From NCBI GenBank assembly GCA_048128005.1, contig JBEUKZ010000097.1, positions 62,001-126,000 of the forward strand: a stretch of 64,000 nt of DNA, given 5' to 3'. A program made the translations under genes and the position numbers. The DNA is from Veleropilina oligotropha (lineage: Eukaryota). The notes under the pieces are model-generated. The model worked only from the letters and a program-made list of their open reading frames with translations, had not been told where the DNA came from and ran no database searches. How positions within the stretch are numbered: the stretch's first letter is position 1; each line of letters starts with the position of its first letter. Positions 27,841 through 40,049 of this stretch are shown one piece after another.

Positions 27841-28220
27841 TACTGTACCTGCATGGTGTCATCGAGATCATTTAATTTTAGAAACCGGTTTTCTTTCACT
27901 AAAACAACGACGACTCCAAAGATTGTTCACATTCTGACTCCGGCCCCGACAAGAAATAATATTATTCTCCCACCACTACGTGGGCGAAGGCAACAATAGT
28001 GTACTTCAAATTACTTCAGGCACTGGAATTATGAGTAAATTAATGATGATAACATGTTCTTAAATGTATTTTTGGAAATTTGGACGGGTTTAGTATGGGG
28101 TAATAGCGTATGGAGTTATCGTCCCTGTCGAATTTCATTCTACGTTTGCACGTCATGCGTAGGAGATTGAGGAAGCGCTGTTGCCATTTTCCGATTTGAT
28201 TTTCGGTGAGTTTATTTCGC

Positions 28221-28682
28221 ACTCTCCAGGCAAAGAGAATACGAAACGACGCCCCAGGCTTATACCTCTGCTCTCGCTGATCGCTATGTGGCGATCCGCC
28301 ACATAGTTAATATACATATTATTTCGCTTCAGTTTGTAATTTAATGAAGTGCAAATGACATGGTTAAGTGTTTTCAAGAAAAGGGTAGGCTAATAACAAC
28401 GTTTTAAATATGAAATACAGTGATGTTAAACAGCAAATAGTTCCGCGTAGCCATATTCAGCCAATTTATGCCAATTTATTCACCGCGTAGGTAATTAATT
28501 AACTGCACAAACGCTTCTAAAAGTTTATTTTAATTAACTTTTAACTAAATTTGATATATTAAATACATATTAATGTTTGGAAAATTTCAAAGAGACGATA
28601 TTCCAGTCGGGAAAGAAGTAGGCGGACCAGCGAGAGCATAGTCTATAGACTATGACTAGACTATGACTATGCGAGCAGAGTG
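28221..28682 (+). repeat. Near-identical direct copy of 22497-22958
   Basis: About 460 bp shared, with only a few substitutions. Confidence 0.9.
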
Positions 28683-30062
28683 TTTATTTCGGTTACTTTA
28701 TTTCCTCCGAGTCCCGAGTTGTCTTGAGTGTGTCCCGAGTTGTCTCGAGTGTGTCCCGAGTTGTCTTGACCATGGCCCGAGTCGTCCTGAAATATGTCCC
28801 GACTTGTCTTGATCTGAGTTGGCCCGAGTTGTCACTGGCCCGAGTTGTCCTGACTCCGTTCTCATCGAAATTTCACTTGAATATAATGTAAGCTACTTGT
28901 AGCTTAATAATTTGAGAGTGCATATCTACGCTAAAATGTTTAAACTCAATGTCAAATTATAAAGTATTCACTATTCGGTGGAGTTATCCAAGTAGCACTA
29001 CGTGTTCTTAGAGCTAGATTGATAAAGGGAGGTAATTTAATCGATCATTTATCTTCATTCGAAAATATAATAATAATAGCAGATAATATCTTCTCTTGAT
29101 AAATTATAAGCAAGTGGGCTTCTTGTCTGAGAACATGTTTGGGTTTTCTATTAAGAAATAATATTATTAATATAATTATTATTATCATATAGCCTTCTCT
29201 CGTTGATTAATGAACGAACATGTTCTTTGTCTAACTTGTTGTAACTTGTACACGATACAAGTTGGTTTATTTACGTCACACAATTTTTGCAATGAGCGTA
29301 AGACTAAGAGCTATTCACGCGACTCGCATATACATAGTATTTTAACAATAAATTGACTATGACAATAAAAATATAAAAGAGAAAATACTAGTACTGCATT
29401 AAATGTTTAAAAATATAATATACGCTTTCTGCAAAATGATACTTCATAGATTTAAGATATAAAATAGTTTTATTAATTTAGTACCGTAATCAGTTGTCGT
29501 TCGACACTGACAGTTTAGGGTACCGGTAATTTCAGTTTAATGGTAGTACCGTACCCGACGTATTAATTGAAGGTATACTCGTGAGTCATGACCAAGCTCA
29601 GGGGCCTGAATTGCTGCTTATCATTCGTTTGATGATTAGCGAAGTCTCTGTTCAATGTTGCCACATAGTCTATATTATATAGAAGCAGAGAACTGTGCTA
29701 ATCATATATCGTCGATAACCTGTGATACATGACTCTGTGTCTATGAGCGAATTTGGACACGATTTACAGATGTTACAGTTGCCTTGCAATATGGACATTA
29801 GGGTTAGGATTATATTCTTTGAGCATTATGGTCAGACAGTATTTTATTGCTTTTAATCGACATAATTTTGATCAATTTATTTAGTTTTCAGAAATAATTT
29901 GCAATTAATCAACGGAGACAAATGCAGTGATATTTAAAATCATAAATATTTGAAATTTTGTGTTCTAATAATATAAACCCTTTATGCATGACTATTTGCT
30001 CTGCTTCTCCATTTTGACATTGTAGTGTCTTCCAATTCTCTCGCTTAAATTGCTCTGATTAA

Positions 30063-30622
30063 AGATGCTGATTCCACTTCGTTATGTAATTTACATTCGA
30101 AAGAAAGCTACAAACGGTGTATTGTGCATATTTATTGCAGCGTTTAAAATGCAGCAGGACGTATTCTAATTATTAGATAATCGCTTCAGTCATAGACATA
30201 ATTTTAGCGTGAATGGTTGCGTTAGAAGCCATTGAATATAAGTCATGGATGTTTCCCCAATCGTTTTTTTCATGTTACAATATTATAATAATAGTAATAT
30301 ATAATATATCGAATAATTTTAAAATACTGTACCTTCCATTAGTTGAAACTTTTTGTTGAGATAATGTATTGTTTTCGTAAAAAATATTTATTTATCGATA
30401 TGGTCGAAACTTTCTGCAGCCAACGTGAATGATCACCGTGAATAAAAGGTTAATTCAATATCGACGGTTTAAACATAAGTCATTTATTACCATATCATAT
30501 ATTTTATTTCTGGATTTGGTAATCTCTAAACCAGCATAATTTTATCCAAAGAATACATAAAAAAGAGTTTCATTAATTGGCGTTAAATCCCACTTTACGG
30601 AGCTGAAGTGGAATCAGCATCT
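30063..30622. mobile_element. MITE with TTAA TSD (Kolobok-like)
   Basis: TTAA|AGATGCTGATTCCACTTC .. GAAGTGGAATCAGCATCT|TTAA. Confidence 0.8.
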
Positions 30623-31257
30623 TTAACAGGAATGACTTCAAAATAACAGTCATATTCATAATTGTCCTTAACTTTCTCGGGCGACCGGGATTCGTTCTGC
30701 GATAATATGGTCGTATCCTAATATGCCCCTCAAGGGTGTTGAAGTCCAATTCAAACCATATCGAAATATTCCTGTTGATTCGTCAATCAGTTTCACCAAT
30801 GAGCCAAGTAACATTTTTAACCATGAATCTTTAACCTCAAATCTTTTAATACTATATATCGTAAATAAGTATTCATTTTCATAGCGAAGTATCAAGTATC
30901 GATTCATGAGCACTAACTAAACTGAGGATGTTTCCATTATGTTTCAGGTGCCCCAAATACTGAATGCAGCGACAAACAACCGAGCAGTTGAGGAATACAC
31001 TGATGATCTCCTAGCACGAGCCACGGTTGATTTCATCAGTTATGTTGCTGCTAAAAATCCGGAAGGAATCCAGCACCAAAGAAAAGATATTCCAGTGGTA
31101 GTGGAGTGTGCAGGATATATTAAGTTATTATTGCACATGTGAGAATGGTTTTCTTTGTGACACACTGTTCAGTTGATCATTTGAGATAAACTGAAGTGCT
31201 GCTGATTGTTAACTATTCAATTTTATCATCCAACGCTCCAAAGGCTCTTCACACACA

Positions 31258-32583
31258 ATGGAAACATCATCTATGATAGAGTATGTGTCACAAGAAGTTG
31301 TCAATATCCCGGTATCCCCAGTCAAGCTGATAATTAACAATTCAGTTTTATCATTCAATACTCCAAATGGACTTACACACGGGATGGAAACCTCATCTAT
31401 GAAGTGTGCGTCTCAAGAAGTAGTCGATGTCCCAGTGTCCCCAATCCCTACTCAATTGCAAGGGAGACTAATCTCATGTACTGTAGATGATGAGGCATTT
31501 AGCACTACTACTACTACAGGTGATCTTCGCCAACATTCTTTATCGCCTGCAGGAAATAAACAAAAGGCTCATCAGTGCAGTGCCTGTGGAAAGTCATTTA
31601 GCGGACCAAGCAAGCTGAACGTACACATGAGAACACACACAAACGAAAAGCCTCATCAATGCACCATTTGCTTGAAATATTTTGCTGATTTATCCAACCT
31701 CAAAGTGCATATACGAGTTCACACGGGCGAAAAACCATATCAGTGTAATGTGTGTGGCAAGGTATTTGCACAATCAAGCCAAATGAATCAACATTTGTTA
31801 ATCCACACAGGAACAGGAGAGAAGAAACGGCACCAATGCACTGTGTGCCACAAGTCGTATACAAATCCTCAATATCTCCGGGAACATGCGGCAATCCACA
31901 CAGGAGACTTCCCATTTCAGTGTACTTTTTGCGGCAAGCAATTTATTAACAATGGTAACCTTCGTCTGCATACTTTATCCCATACAGGAGAAAAAGCTTT
32001 TCAATGCAGTGTTTGCGACAAGTCATTTTATCAAGCAGGCCACCTCAACCAGCATATGCTAATCCATACAGGTGAGAAACCTCATCAATGCCATCTGTGT
32101 GATAAGTCATTTGCAAAATCAGACCATCTTAAACGACATATGACCACCCACACCGGAGAGAAGCTTAACCAATGCTCTATGTGTGACAGGTCATTTTCAA
32201 GATCTTCAAATCTCCGTCGACATTTTGCAATGCATACTGGAGGATATAAGTACCCATGCATTTTATGCAACAGATCATTTACTGATAATTGTACACTTCA
32301 GCGACACATTTTATCCCATACTGGAGAAAAAGCTTTTCAGTGCAATGTCTGTTACAAGTCTTGTAGTCAAGCAAGCGCCCTAAAGCAGCATATGCTAATC
32401 CACTCGGGCGAGAAACCCCAACAATGCACTGTGTGTGACAAGTCATTTGCACGATTAGACACCCTTAAACGACATGTGGTGTTGATCCATGCAAAACCGA
32501 AACCTTATCAATGCAGTATTTGTGATGCGTCATTTTCACAACTAGAAAATCTGGAGCAGCACTTGCTAACCCACATCTCATAA
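31258..32583 (+). CDS. C2H2 zinc-finger protein B, 12 fingers; paralog of ZNF-A
   Basis: Intact 441-aa ORF sharing the METSSM repeat and finger sequences such as CDKSFYQAGHLNQHML. Acceptor at 30947. Confidence 0.9.
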   Translation: METSSMIEYVSQEVVNIPVSPVKLIINNSVLSFNTPNGLTHGMETSSMKCASQEVVDVPVSPIPTQLQGRLISCTVDDEAFSTTTTTGDLRQHSLSPAGNKQKAHQCSACGKSFSGPSKLNVHMRTHTNEKPHQCTICLKYFADLSNLKVHIRVHTGEKPYQCNVCGKVFAQSSQMNQHLLIHTGTGEKKRHQCTVCHKSYTNPQYLREHAAIHTGDFPFQCTFCGKQFINNGNLRLHTLSHTGEKAFQCSVCDKSFYQAGHLNQHMLIHTGEKPHQCHLCDKSFAKSDHLKRHMTTHTGEKLNQCSMCDRSFSRSSNLRRHFAMHTGGYKYPCILCNRSFTDNCTLQRHILSHTGEKAFQCNVCYKSCSQASALKQHMLIHSGEKPQQCTVCDKSFARLDTLKRHVVLIHAKPKPYQCSICDASFSQLENLEQHLLTHIS

Positions 32584-33849
32584 ATGCAGTAATCTTTATC
32601 ACAATCGAGTACTCTCAAGGATCATAAAGCTCCTTCGACAGCTGTGTGGTTTTGGTTGTGGACATCGTAGTGGGTTAATACCTCTGACAGCATTTGTTCC
32701 AAGTTATGAATCACAGTTGTCCGTAACTAGACAGAGACGGCGGGTTTCCCCGGGCGACCGGGCTTTCCTCCTGCGGTAATACGGACATGTCCTGCTTTGA
32801 TCCAAATGATGTATGGAAATATACAGGACATTAAGCATCGATCATTTCCTTTCCTCAAGGATCATATGGTAACATGAACTGGACAGAAACGGCATGTGCC
32901 AAAAAAACCTAATCCAGGGAAAAGTGTGTCATTTTGACTTTTCATCCGCAGTAAATATTACGCTATAAAATGTTCACCCCACCATGTATGCCACATACGC
33001 CTGCCTCAAATAGTCGCCTCCCCCAAATAGTCGCCTCCCCCGAGAGCCTCTTCAAAAATATAAACACCTGCCTTGAATGCCATTTTGAGGAGGCAGACAC
33101 ATTTGTCACATATATACCTTATTTCCATTGCACACTGTATCCGTTTATCGGATAGAGACATTAAATCTTGGGCCTGTCCACAGACACAACTGAATTTTTT
33201 TTAAACTAAATGGATTCAAATTAAATCAAGCTTTGCCAATCATTATACAATTATGGTGGTGAATATGTAATAAATAATAACCTGCCATGCTGGGCGTTAT
33301 CGGCTTGAATGGCTCGAGCGCTACGAGAGACATTATGACCGATATCGCACAGGGGTGGCAGGTTAATATTTGTCATACATGCCATGAAAATCTATTTTAA
33401 ATGGGAAGCTGTAACCCCTTAAAAATGGAATTGCCCGTGATAACAGGCCGTGCGCCGTGTTATCAAAAACAGTGGACTCTTCCATTCACACCTTTCAGTC
33501 TATTGTTAATCCCTAGAGCTGAGCTCCATTCGAGGGAATCTTATTGTTTGGGTAATTGCCCTGAACAATGAGCCACCTTGCTCTCCCAGTCCAATTGTTC
33601 TGATATCGAGCCCACGGTATATATGATGTGATATCAATCTAAAATGCTTGTATTGACCGAGGTGTTTATGGTTATTTTCGCGCTATGTGTAACATGTGCA
33701 GTACTTCGTTCAAATTCTCGACTGGGCACTTTGTTCAGTTAGCATTTACAGTTGTCCATTATTGGTTTGAACCTAATGTTCCTGCATAACAAAATATTTC
33801 ATATAAACACTGACCCTCATGATGCCGTAATGAAGTCTAATAATATATA

Positions 33850-34110
33850 GGGAGGGAGGAATGATGCTTAATGTCCTGTATATTTACAACATCGAGGTTC
33901 AAGGCAGGACATGTCCGTGTTATCGTGGGAGGAAACCCCGGTCGCCCGGGTAAACCCGCCCTCTTCGGCCAGTCACAGACAACTGTGATTCATAACTTGA
34001 ACAAATTTCAATGCCTCAGCCAGGTATTGAACCCACTACTGTTCGCATTAGCGGAATCAAGCCAGTGAAGTTAGAGTGGACACTCTACCCACTGCGCTGC
34101 CGAAGCGGCC
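33850..34110 (-). mobile_element. tRNA-derived SINE family 1
   Basis: Inverted copy of 20618-20882. More diverged copies at ~32645-32855, ~35595-35830, ~37650-37805 and ~38525-38720. Confidence 0.8.
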
Positions 34111-34416
34111 TAATAATATATAGGCTGGTATCAATAATTTTAAGAAGCCAGGTGCTCTGAAAATTTTTGACTTGAAGTTGCCCAATGTAAATCGAATGGA
34201 GCCTGAATGTTGACACATTTTTAAGAATTTAACAAAGATCGTGTCACAATTAAAATGAATTTTGATGTTCTCCAGATGACAACCAACGTGATGAAAATTC
34301 TCTGTATTGTTGATAAAGTTTTAGCATGTAAAGCTGTTTTTATTAAAATCATGGATTTTATTAAAGACTGTAAAAGTTGAATGGACACATTATTCATTTA
34401 TCAGTCACAGTTGTAC

Positions 34417-34738
34417 AATTAACCGGCGGTTGTTGACATGATTTCCTGGGCAAACCGTCGATAATTAACCGGCGGTTGACATGATTTCCTGGGCGAACCC
34501 TCGATAATTAACCGGCGGTTGTTGACATGATTTCCTGGGTGAACCCTCGATAATTAACCGGCGGTTGTTGACATGATTTCCTGGGCGAACACTCGATAAT
34601 TAACCGGCGGTTGTTGACATGATTTCCTGGGCGAACCCTCGATAATTAACCGGCGGTTGTTGACATGATTTCCTGGGCGAACCCTCGATAATTAACCGGC
34701 GGTTGTTGACATGATTTCCTGGGCGAACCCTCGATAAT
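34417..34738. repeat. Minisatellite, 46-bp unit x ~7
   Basis: Unit AATTAACCGGCGGTTGTTGACATGATTTCCTGGGCGAACCCTCGAT. Confidence 0.95.
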
Positions 34739-35111
34739 GTTGACCGGTCCTGATACAATCCTAGATGGTGTGCTGCCTTGTTACCCGTGATAGTACAGGT
34801 ACAGTCACAAGATCCGATATGTATACCCAGACTATAACGGATCCAGGCGATAGAATAAGATGAGGAATCTGAAATCACTTGCTTGGTTGCTCTAATATTA
34901 AATAAGAGGGCGTTCGACCCTCGGTCGGCGTGTTCAGTTTCCAATCACAGTTGTCTATTGCTGACAGGAGAGCATGGTTTTCCCTGACAAATGCGCTTTC
35001 CTCTCGTGTTAATATGGACATGCTATGGTAAGAATCTGAATGTTGTTAACTGTATTTTAAGCAATGATGCATCGATTCAAATCAATGTTGCTGATGTTTC
35101 ACTGTGGATAC

Positions 35112-35529
35112 CAGGCGCGGATCCAGGAATTTCGCTTAGGGGGGGCGCTGAATTTACTATCAACTGTTCCGCCCCACGCGAAAGAAAATTTTGAGCATCA
35201 ACAGCCTGAAACCCCCTCTCCTGCACTCTGACAAGGCAAAGGCGATATTTCATTCTAACTTTCTATGAACCACCGTCACTCAAACAGCACGAGTCAAATT
35301 TTATTTTTTCATAATCGAATTGTCCGCGTGGGGTCGTCGCCCCACGCGCAAGAAATTTTTGACAATTAACGATGTGAAATCCCCCCCTCCTGCATTATTA
35401 CATTACAGCAGCCTATTTATAATGTTCTGAAAGTCATTTGTATCAGATTATACATATTATTTTAGTGTGCTTGGCCAAATTTAGGGGGGGCGCGCGCCGG
35501 GTGCGCCCCCCCCCCTGGATCCGCGCCTG
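35112..35529. mobile_element. MITE, TIR CAGGCGCGGATCCAGG
   Basis: Inverted termini with GATAC on both flanks. Related internal sequence occurs at 24360-25500. Confidence 0.7.
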
Positions 35530-36199
35530 GATACGTCATGCCTCTAGATTCCACATTGCATTGTTTTGGCAATCAGTAGAGTGCATCAAGAAAACGAAAG
35601 GAAAGGATTGATGCTTTATGTCCTGTATATTTCCAACCATCATTAGGTTCAAAGCGGGTCATGTCCATATTATCGCGGGGGAAACCTGCTCTCTCTGACC
35701 AGTTACAGACAATTGTGATTCGTAACTTGAACAAACAATGTCGTCTCAACCGAGGTTCGAACCCACTACTCGTCGTGTCAGCTCGATCAAGCCAGTGATT
35801 TTTCAGTCTGCAACCGCAATCACGCTACTGTCTGAGTAGCAGTGTGCAACAAGAACAAACTCGCATCAGACTAGTGTACTCTCTACAGGATTCGGAGAAC
35901 TCTGGGGTTGTTTAACGTTAGACGATCCTGTATGTGATATACAGTCTGTAGATTGTCCTCCAAGATTCAACCTTATAACATCAAAGTATGCTTTCGCTAG
36001 TGATGTTGTAGAAGTCTGCTGTTAGTCTAGAAATGTGCGCCAAAACTCGATCTTCACGAGCCATCTATAGGTGTCAGTTGTCTACCAGACCTTTGTTTGT
36101 TAATTTACTGACATCCTAAGACAGCATATTAACATATCAAACGACTTGTGACGGTATGAAAGCTTATTTTTGTGCTCAATGACTATTCTCTGCAGGAGG

Positions 36200-36350
36200 A
36201 GGCACCATGGCCGAGTGAATACGGTGCTGGTCTACTAACGGAAGATGACTAGTTCAAGCCCCAGCACCACTTCATTCCATCGTCAAAGTTGATTGACCCG
36301 ATTTATAACTGAAATACTGTTGGCGTGGTCGTTAAACATCAATTCATCAT
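36200..36350 (+). mobile_element. tRNA-derived SINE family 2
   Basis: A-box TGGCCGAGTG, B-box GTTCAAGCC, tail shared with 11036-11187. Confidence 0.65.
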
Positions 36351-37805
36351 TCTATGGAGGACATATCAGCTTTGTGCTTGCCAATATTATTTCATTTTCA
36401 TCCATTTTTGCCTTTCTGCCTTGTTAACATTACCCTAAAATCGGTATGAAATTGTACCAAATATAAACTGCAAATGTTTATGGTGGATAATTTCGGCCAT
36501 CTCGATTTCTCGCATAAAAAAAACGTAATATTAATTCTGGACTAATTGACATTTTTTTCGTGGTATGTCATGAAATAATCACACACCGATTTATAGTACC
36601 CATCCATTTCTATTACATGTTAAAATGGTTCATAAATGTTCGAAAAAATATCACGTTGACACTCGCAAAATGCAGGAGGATTATCACGCTGTTAAGTGTT
36701 CAAATTTCCCCCTGCGCGACCGGACAGTTGATAATATATTGTAAAAGTTTGACCCTTTGAAAATCCAGGATCTAGCCCTGGTGGTGGTGATGTGCGTGTG
36801 TGTGTGGGGGTGGGGGTCGAAGAGAAAATACTCAGTCCGGGGGTAAGTCATGAATCGATTTAAATGACTGAGGGTGGGTCATTATTTTTTGACACATGCA
36901 ATCAATAGACCAAATCCTCTTGTATACTTGTATACAAATACTTGGCGCATCACCAACGACTTCGTTGAAGTGAACATAACATGTAGATATCATTTCCTCC
37001 GAGCTAGCACCTTCGCCCTGACTTCCTGATTATATTTCTCCTAGTGACATATTTGATGAAAATACCACGCCCCGTCATATTGACAAACATCATTGTCACG
37101 TTGTATTCAGGTGATCTTTTTCACTATTTTCTCGCCTCTCAGCCTGTCATATAGAGCAAATAGGCACTTCTTTGCGTACTTCAACATCCCACTTTCAACG
37201 TATGAACCAGTCGTTTTTTTCCTTTGTAGCTATCCCCCACCCCCTTGCCTTAATCAAGATGCTCCTTGCAATTTCCATTGATATTTTTATACTCGTGCAA
37301 GTAAACTTGTAGACCGTGGGCCCACCATAGACCCCTCTCCCCTGGAGATTTTAGTAACGCCCCGTCATCGGGTAATAATAAAGAATATGACATTCTGTCC
37401 GATCAGCGTGTCGTATTGGCAATAAGCGAAAATAAATGCTACATTATCATTGGTCGAGAAATGAAAATTGTTCTAATCATTGTTAGAATAATATAACTAC
37501 TGCTTAAAAGTTGGCCCTAACCACAACTATAATTGTCGTTAACTCAAGTTTTAAGTTGTGAATAACGTCCTTTATTAATTAAAGGACACTTCGAGTAACG
37601 CTACATAAATTTTAGTATTGCTTAACGACAATCCCTAATTATGACACCGACAGTCGTGTGGTTTCGGTTGCAGACTCTGATTATCACTGGTTTGACTCCG
37701 CTAACAGGCGAAGTAGCGGGTTCGAACCTCGGCTGGGATAACACATTATTTGCTCAGTTATGAATTATAGTTGTCCGCAATAGGTTGGAGAGAGTGGGTT
37801 TCACC

Positions 37806-38103
37806 GAGTCTATACGACAAATTATACAGAGTCAATACGACCAATTATACAGAGTCTATACGACCAATTATACAGAGTCTATACGACCAATTATACAGAG
37901 TCTATACGACCAATTATACAGAGTCTATACGACCAATTATACAGAGTTTATACGACCAATTATACAGAGTCTATACGACCAATTGTACAGAGTCTATACG
38001 ACCAATTAAACAGAGTCTATACGACCAATTATACAGAGTCTATACGACCAATTATACAGAGTCTATGCGACCTATTATACAGAGTCTATACGACCAATTA
38101 TAC
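37806..38103. repeat. Minisatellite, 23-bp unit x ~13
   Basis: Unit AGTCTATACGACCAATTATACAG. Confidence 0.95.
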
Positions 38104-38869
38104 ACCATATAATTTGCACCTCTATGTTCTGTATTAAGAAGACATTTGTGAATTTCTAATATATCGTAAATAAGTATAACAACTTAGAAGCAGCATAAGG
38201 AAATTAGCTATCGAAGAGGGTAGACTCCTAGGTATTATAATATCTGACAGAGTTTAACAATATTGTCTACAAAATGCAACAGGAGATGAATACCAATTTA
38301 TTCTCGTCTGTTCGATATACAGAGACCATCACAATATATACTTACTTGCTAGACAAGGTGGACCCCATTACAGGAGATACTGCTTCATGTCAACATAAAC
38401 ATAAACACCATGAGAGCCTATTATACGTATTACGGCAATACCATACATTATCGCTAAACCTCTCCAGAATACGGAAGTTTTGCATTAACTTTGCTTTTTA
38501 GAGAAAATGTTTTAATTTGTTACATTGGATAGATGCTTAATATCCAGTATCTTTACAAACATCAGGTTCAACCATGACATTTCCATTGTATTGATGCGGA
38601 CATCGGCGATATTGGTAACTGAAGAAAGAATGTCATTACCCCAACCGAGATTCGAACGCACTGCTGTTAGTCAAGCCAGTGATTTCAGCGTCGATACCAC
38701 ACGGCTACCGGAGCGACCGAACGAATTGGAAACGAATAGTACATTCACACGAACACAAGACCAGAAACATCATGTTTGCAATAAGAACAAATCCTAACAA
38801 ACAATACAGATTTTTTAACGAATAAAAGTTTTCTTATTAAATGCGATGATGTAAAATGAACACCTAAAG

Positions 38870-39706
38870 TTACCTGGTCCCTTTTTCCTTTGAAAACAAC
38901 ATCTCTGCTCTCTTTTCCAAATCCCGTGGGTATGGGTAGCCGAACATGAGATAATCTTCCGAATAAATGTTCCATAGTGTATTTACTGCCCCTAGCGGGA
39001 GTTGCTTATAGTACGAAATCATGAGTGCAACTCTATTACTGACAGACTTATTGTAATTATTACTTCTGGAAGGGAATGTTACATTTCTTTCTGGAAAGGA
39101 AATCTTTAGAATCGCACTGGCATCCCTGTCGAAGGTTTCGTATTTCCCAATATAATCGTATTGCGTTGTACACGGGGAGCAGAGTCGATTGTATGGTTCC
39201 CAATGCGCGTTCATTGGCGATCTTTGCGAGATAATCCATTGACAAAATTCTGAAAATGTCACACCTTCTCCTGTTTTTAAAGATTCACTGTCAGGGTTGT
39301 TACGATACTTCTTTATGATGTGCCTGCCATATGCAGAGTGAAAATCCATGTTTGTTAAATTGTCCTCAAATTTGTCCCTATACGCCGACAGCAGGCGCGC
39401 AAACATAAACTTGGTGTATTTCGAATATATTGTGGATAACTTGTCAGCAGAGCCAACACCAGGGAACTTGCTTTTAGAAAACGCAAAATGTGGGTTAATT
39501 TCTTTCGCTTCCGCAGCAGTCATGGTACCGTCTAATACCAGCAACATCCGTTTCCAGTTGGAACATGCCACCTTGGGTACAGAACAGTAGATGGCATTTA
39601 TTTCCCTATTGTATATGACGTTTCGCGGTAGGAAGCTCGTGCGCGTGTGATTTCGACATCTCTTACTAATGACAAGTAATCGTAGTTCATTGTCTTTGAG
39701 AAAAGT
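38870..39706 (-). CDS. Carbohydrate sulfotransferase (Sulfotransfer_2 / CHST8-14-like), terminal catalytic exon
   Basis: 5'-PSB motif YCSVPKVACSNWKR, plus RLLSAYRDKF, HWEPYNRLCSPC, YDYIGKYET and YSEDYLMFGY. Acceptor TATTTATTTCAG at 39707. Confidence 0.85.
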   Translation of the reverse strand, partial: TFLKDNELRLLVISKRCRNHTRTSFLPRNVIYNREINAIYCSVPKVACSNWKRMLLVLDGTMTAAEAKEINPHFAFSKSKFPGVGSADKLSTIYSKYTKFMFARLLSAYRDKFEDNLTNMDFHSAYGRHIIKKYRNNPDSESLKTGEGVTFSEFCQWIISQRSPMNAHWEPYNRLCSPCTTQYDYIGKYETFDRDASAILKISFPERNVTFPSRSNNYNKSVSNRVALMISYYKQLPLGAVNTLWNIYSEDYLMFGYPYPRDLEKRAEMLFSKEKGTR

Positions 39707-40049
39707 CTGAAATAAATAGTTATTTGATTTAAAACCAGAAGTAACAAATAATGTTATGCGAAAATCAAAATACCTAGCATGCATGTGGAGAGATGTCATC
39801 GCTTCAACTGTGATAAGTCGTTTTATTACGGCCACCAATATAATAGGAGGTAGTGAAGGCTCGCATGCCAACAACAATACTTGAATTGTAACAAACATAC
39901 TATGTTATTCGACATGTATACACTTAGGGTAACTGTCAACCCTTTTATATTGCAGTGTATTACGTGCTTCATACAAGGTCACCTGCATGGATGTGAAGTT
40001 GATAAGAGCCTGGGCCAGTATTCAATGACTTGAGTGGTCTGATTTACAG

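Noticed and set aside
39707..39898. N-terminus of the 342-aa sulfotransferase ORF
   Set aside because: Probably intron read-through upstream of a good splice acceptor, although a single-exon gene is not excluded.
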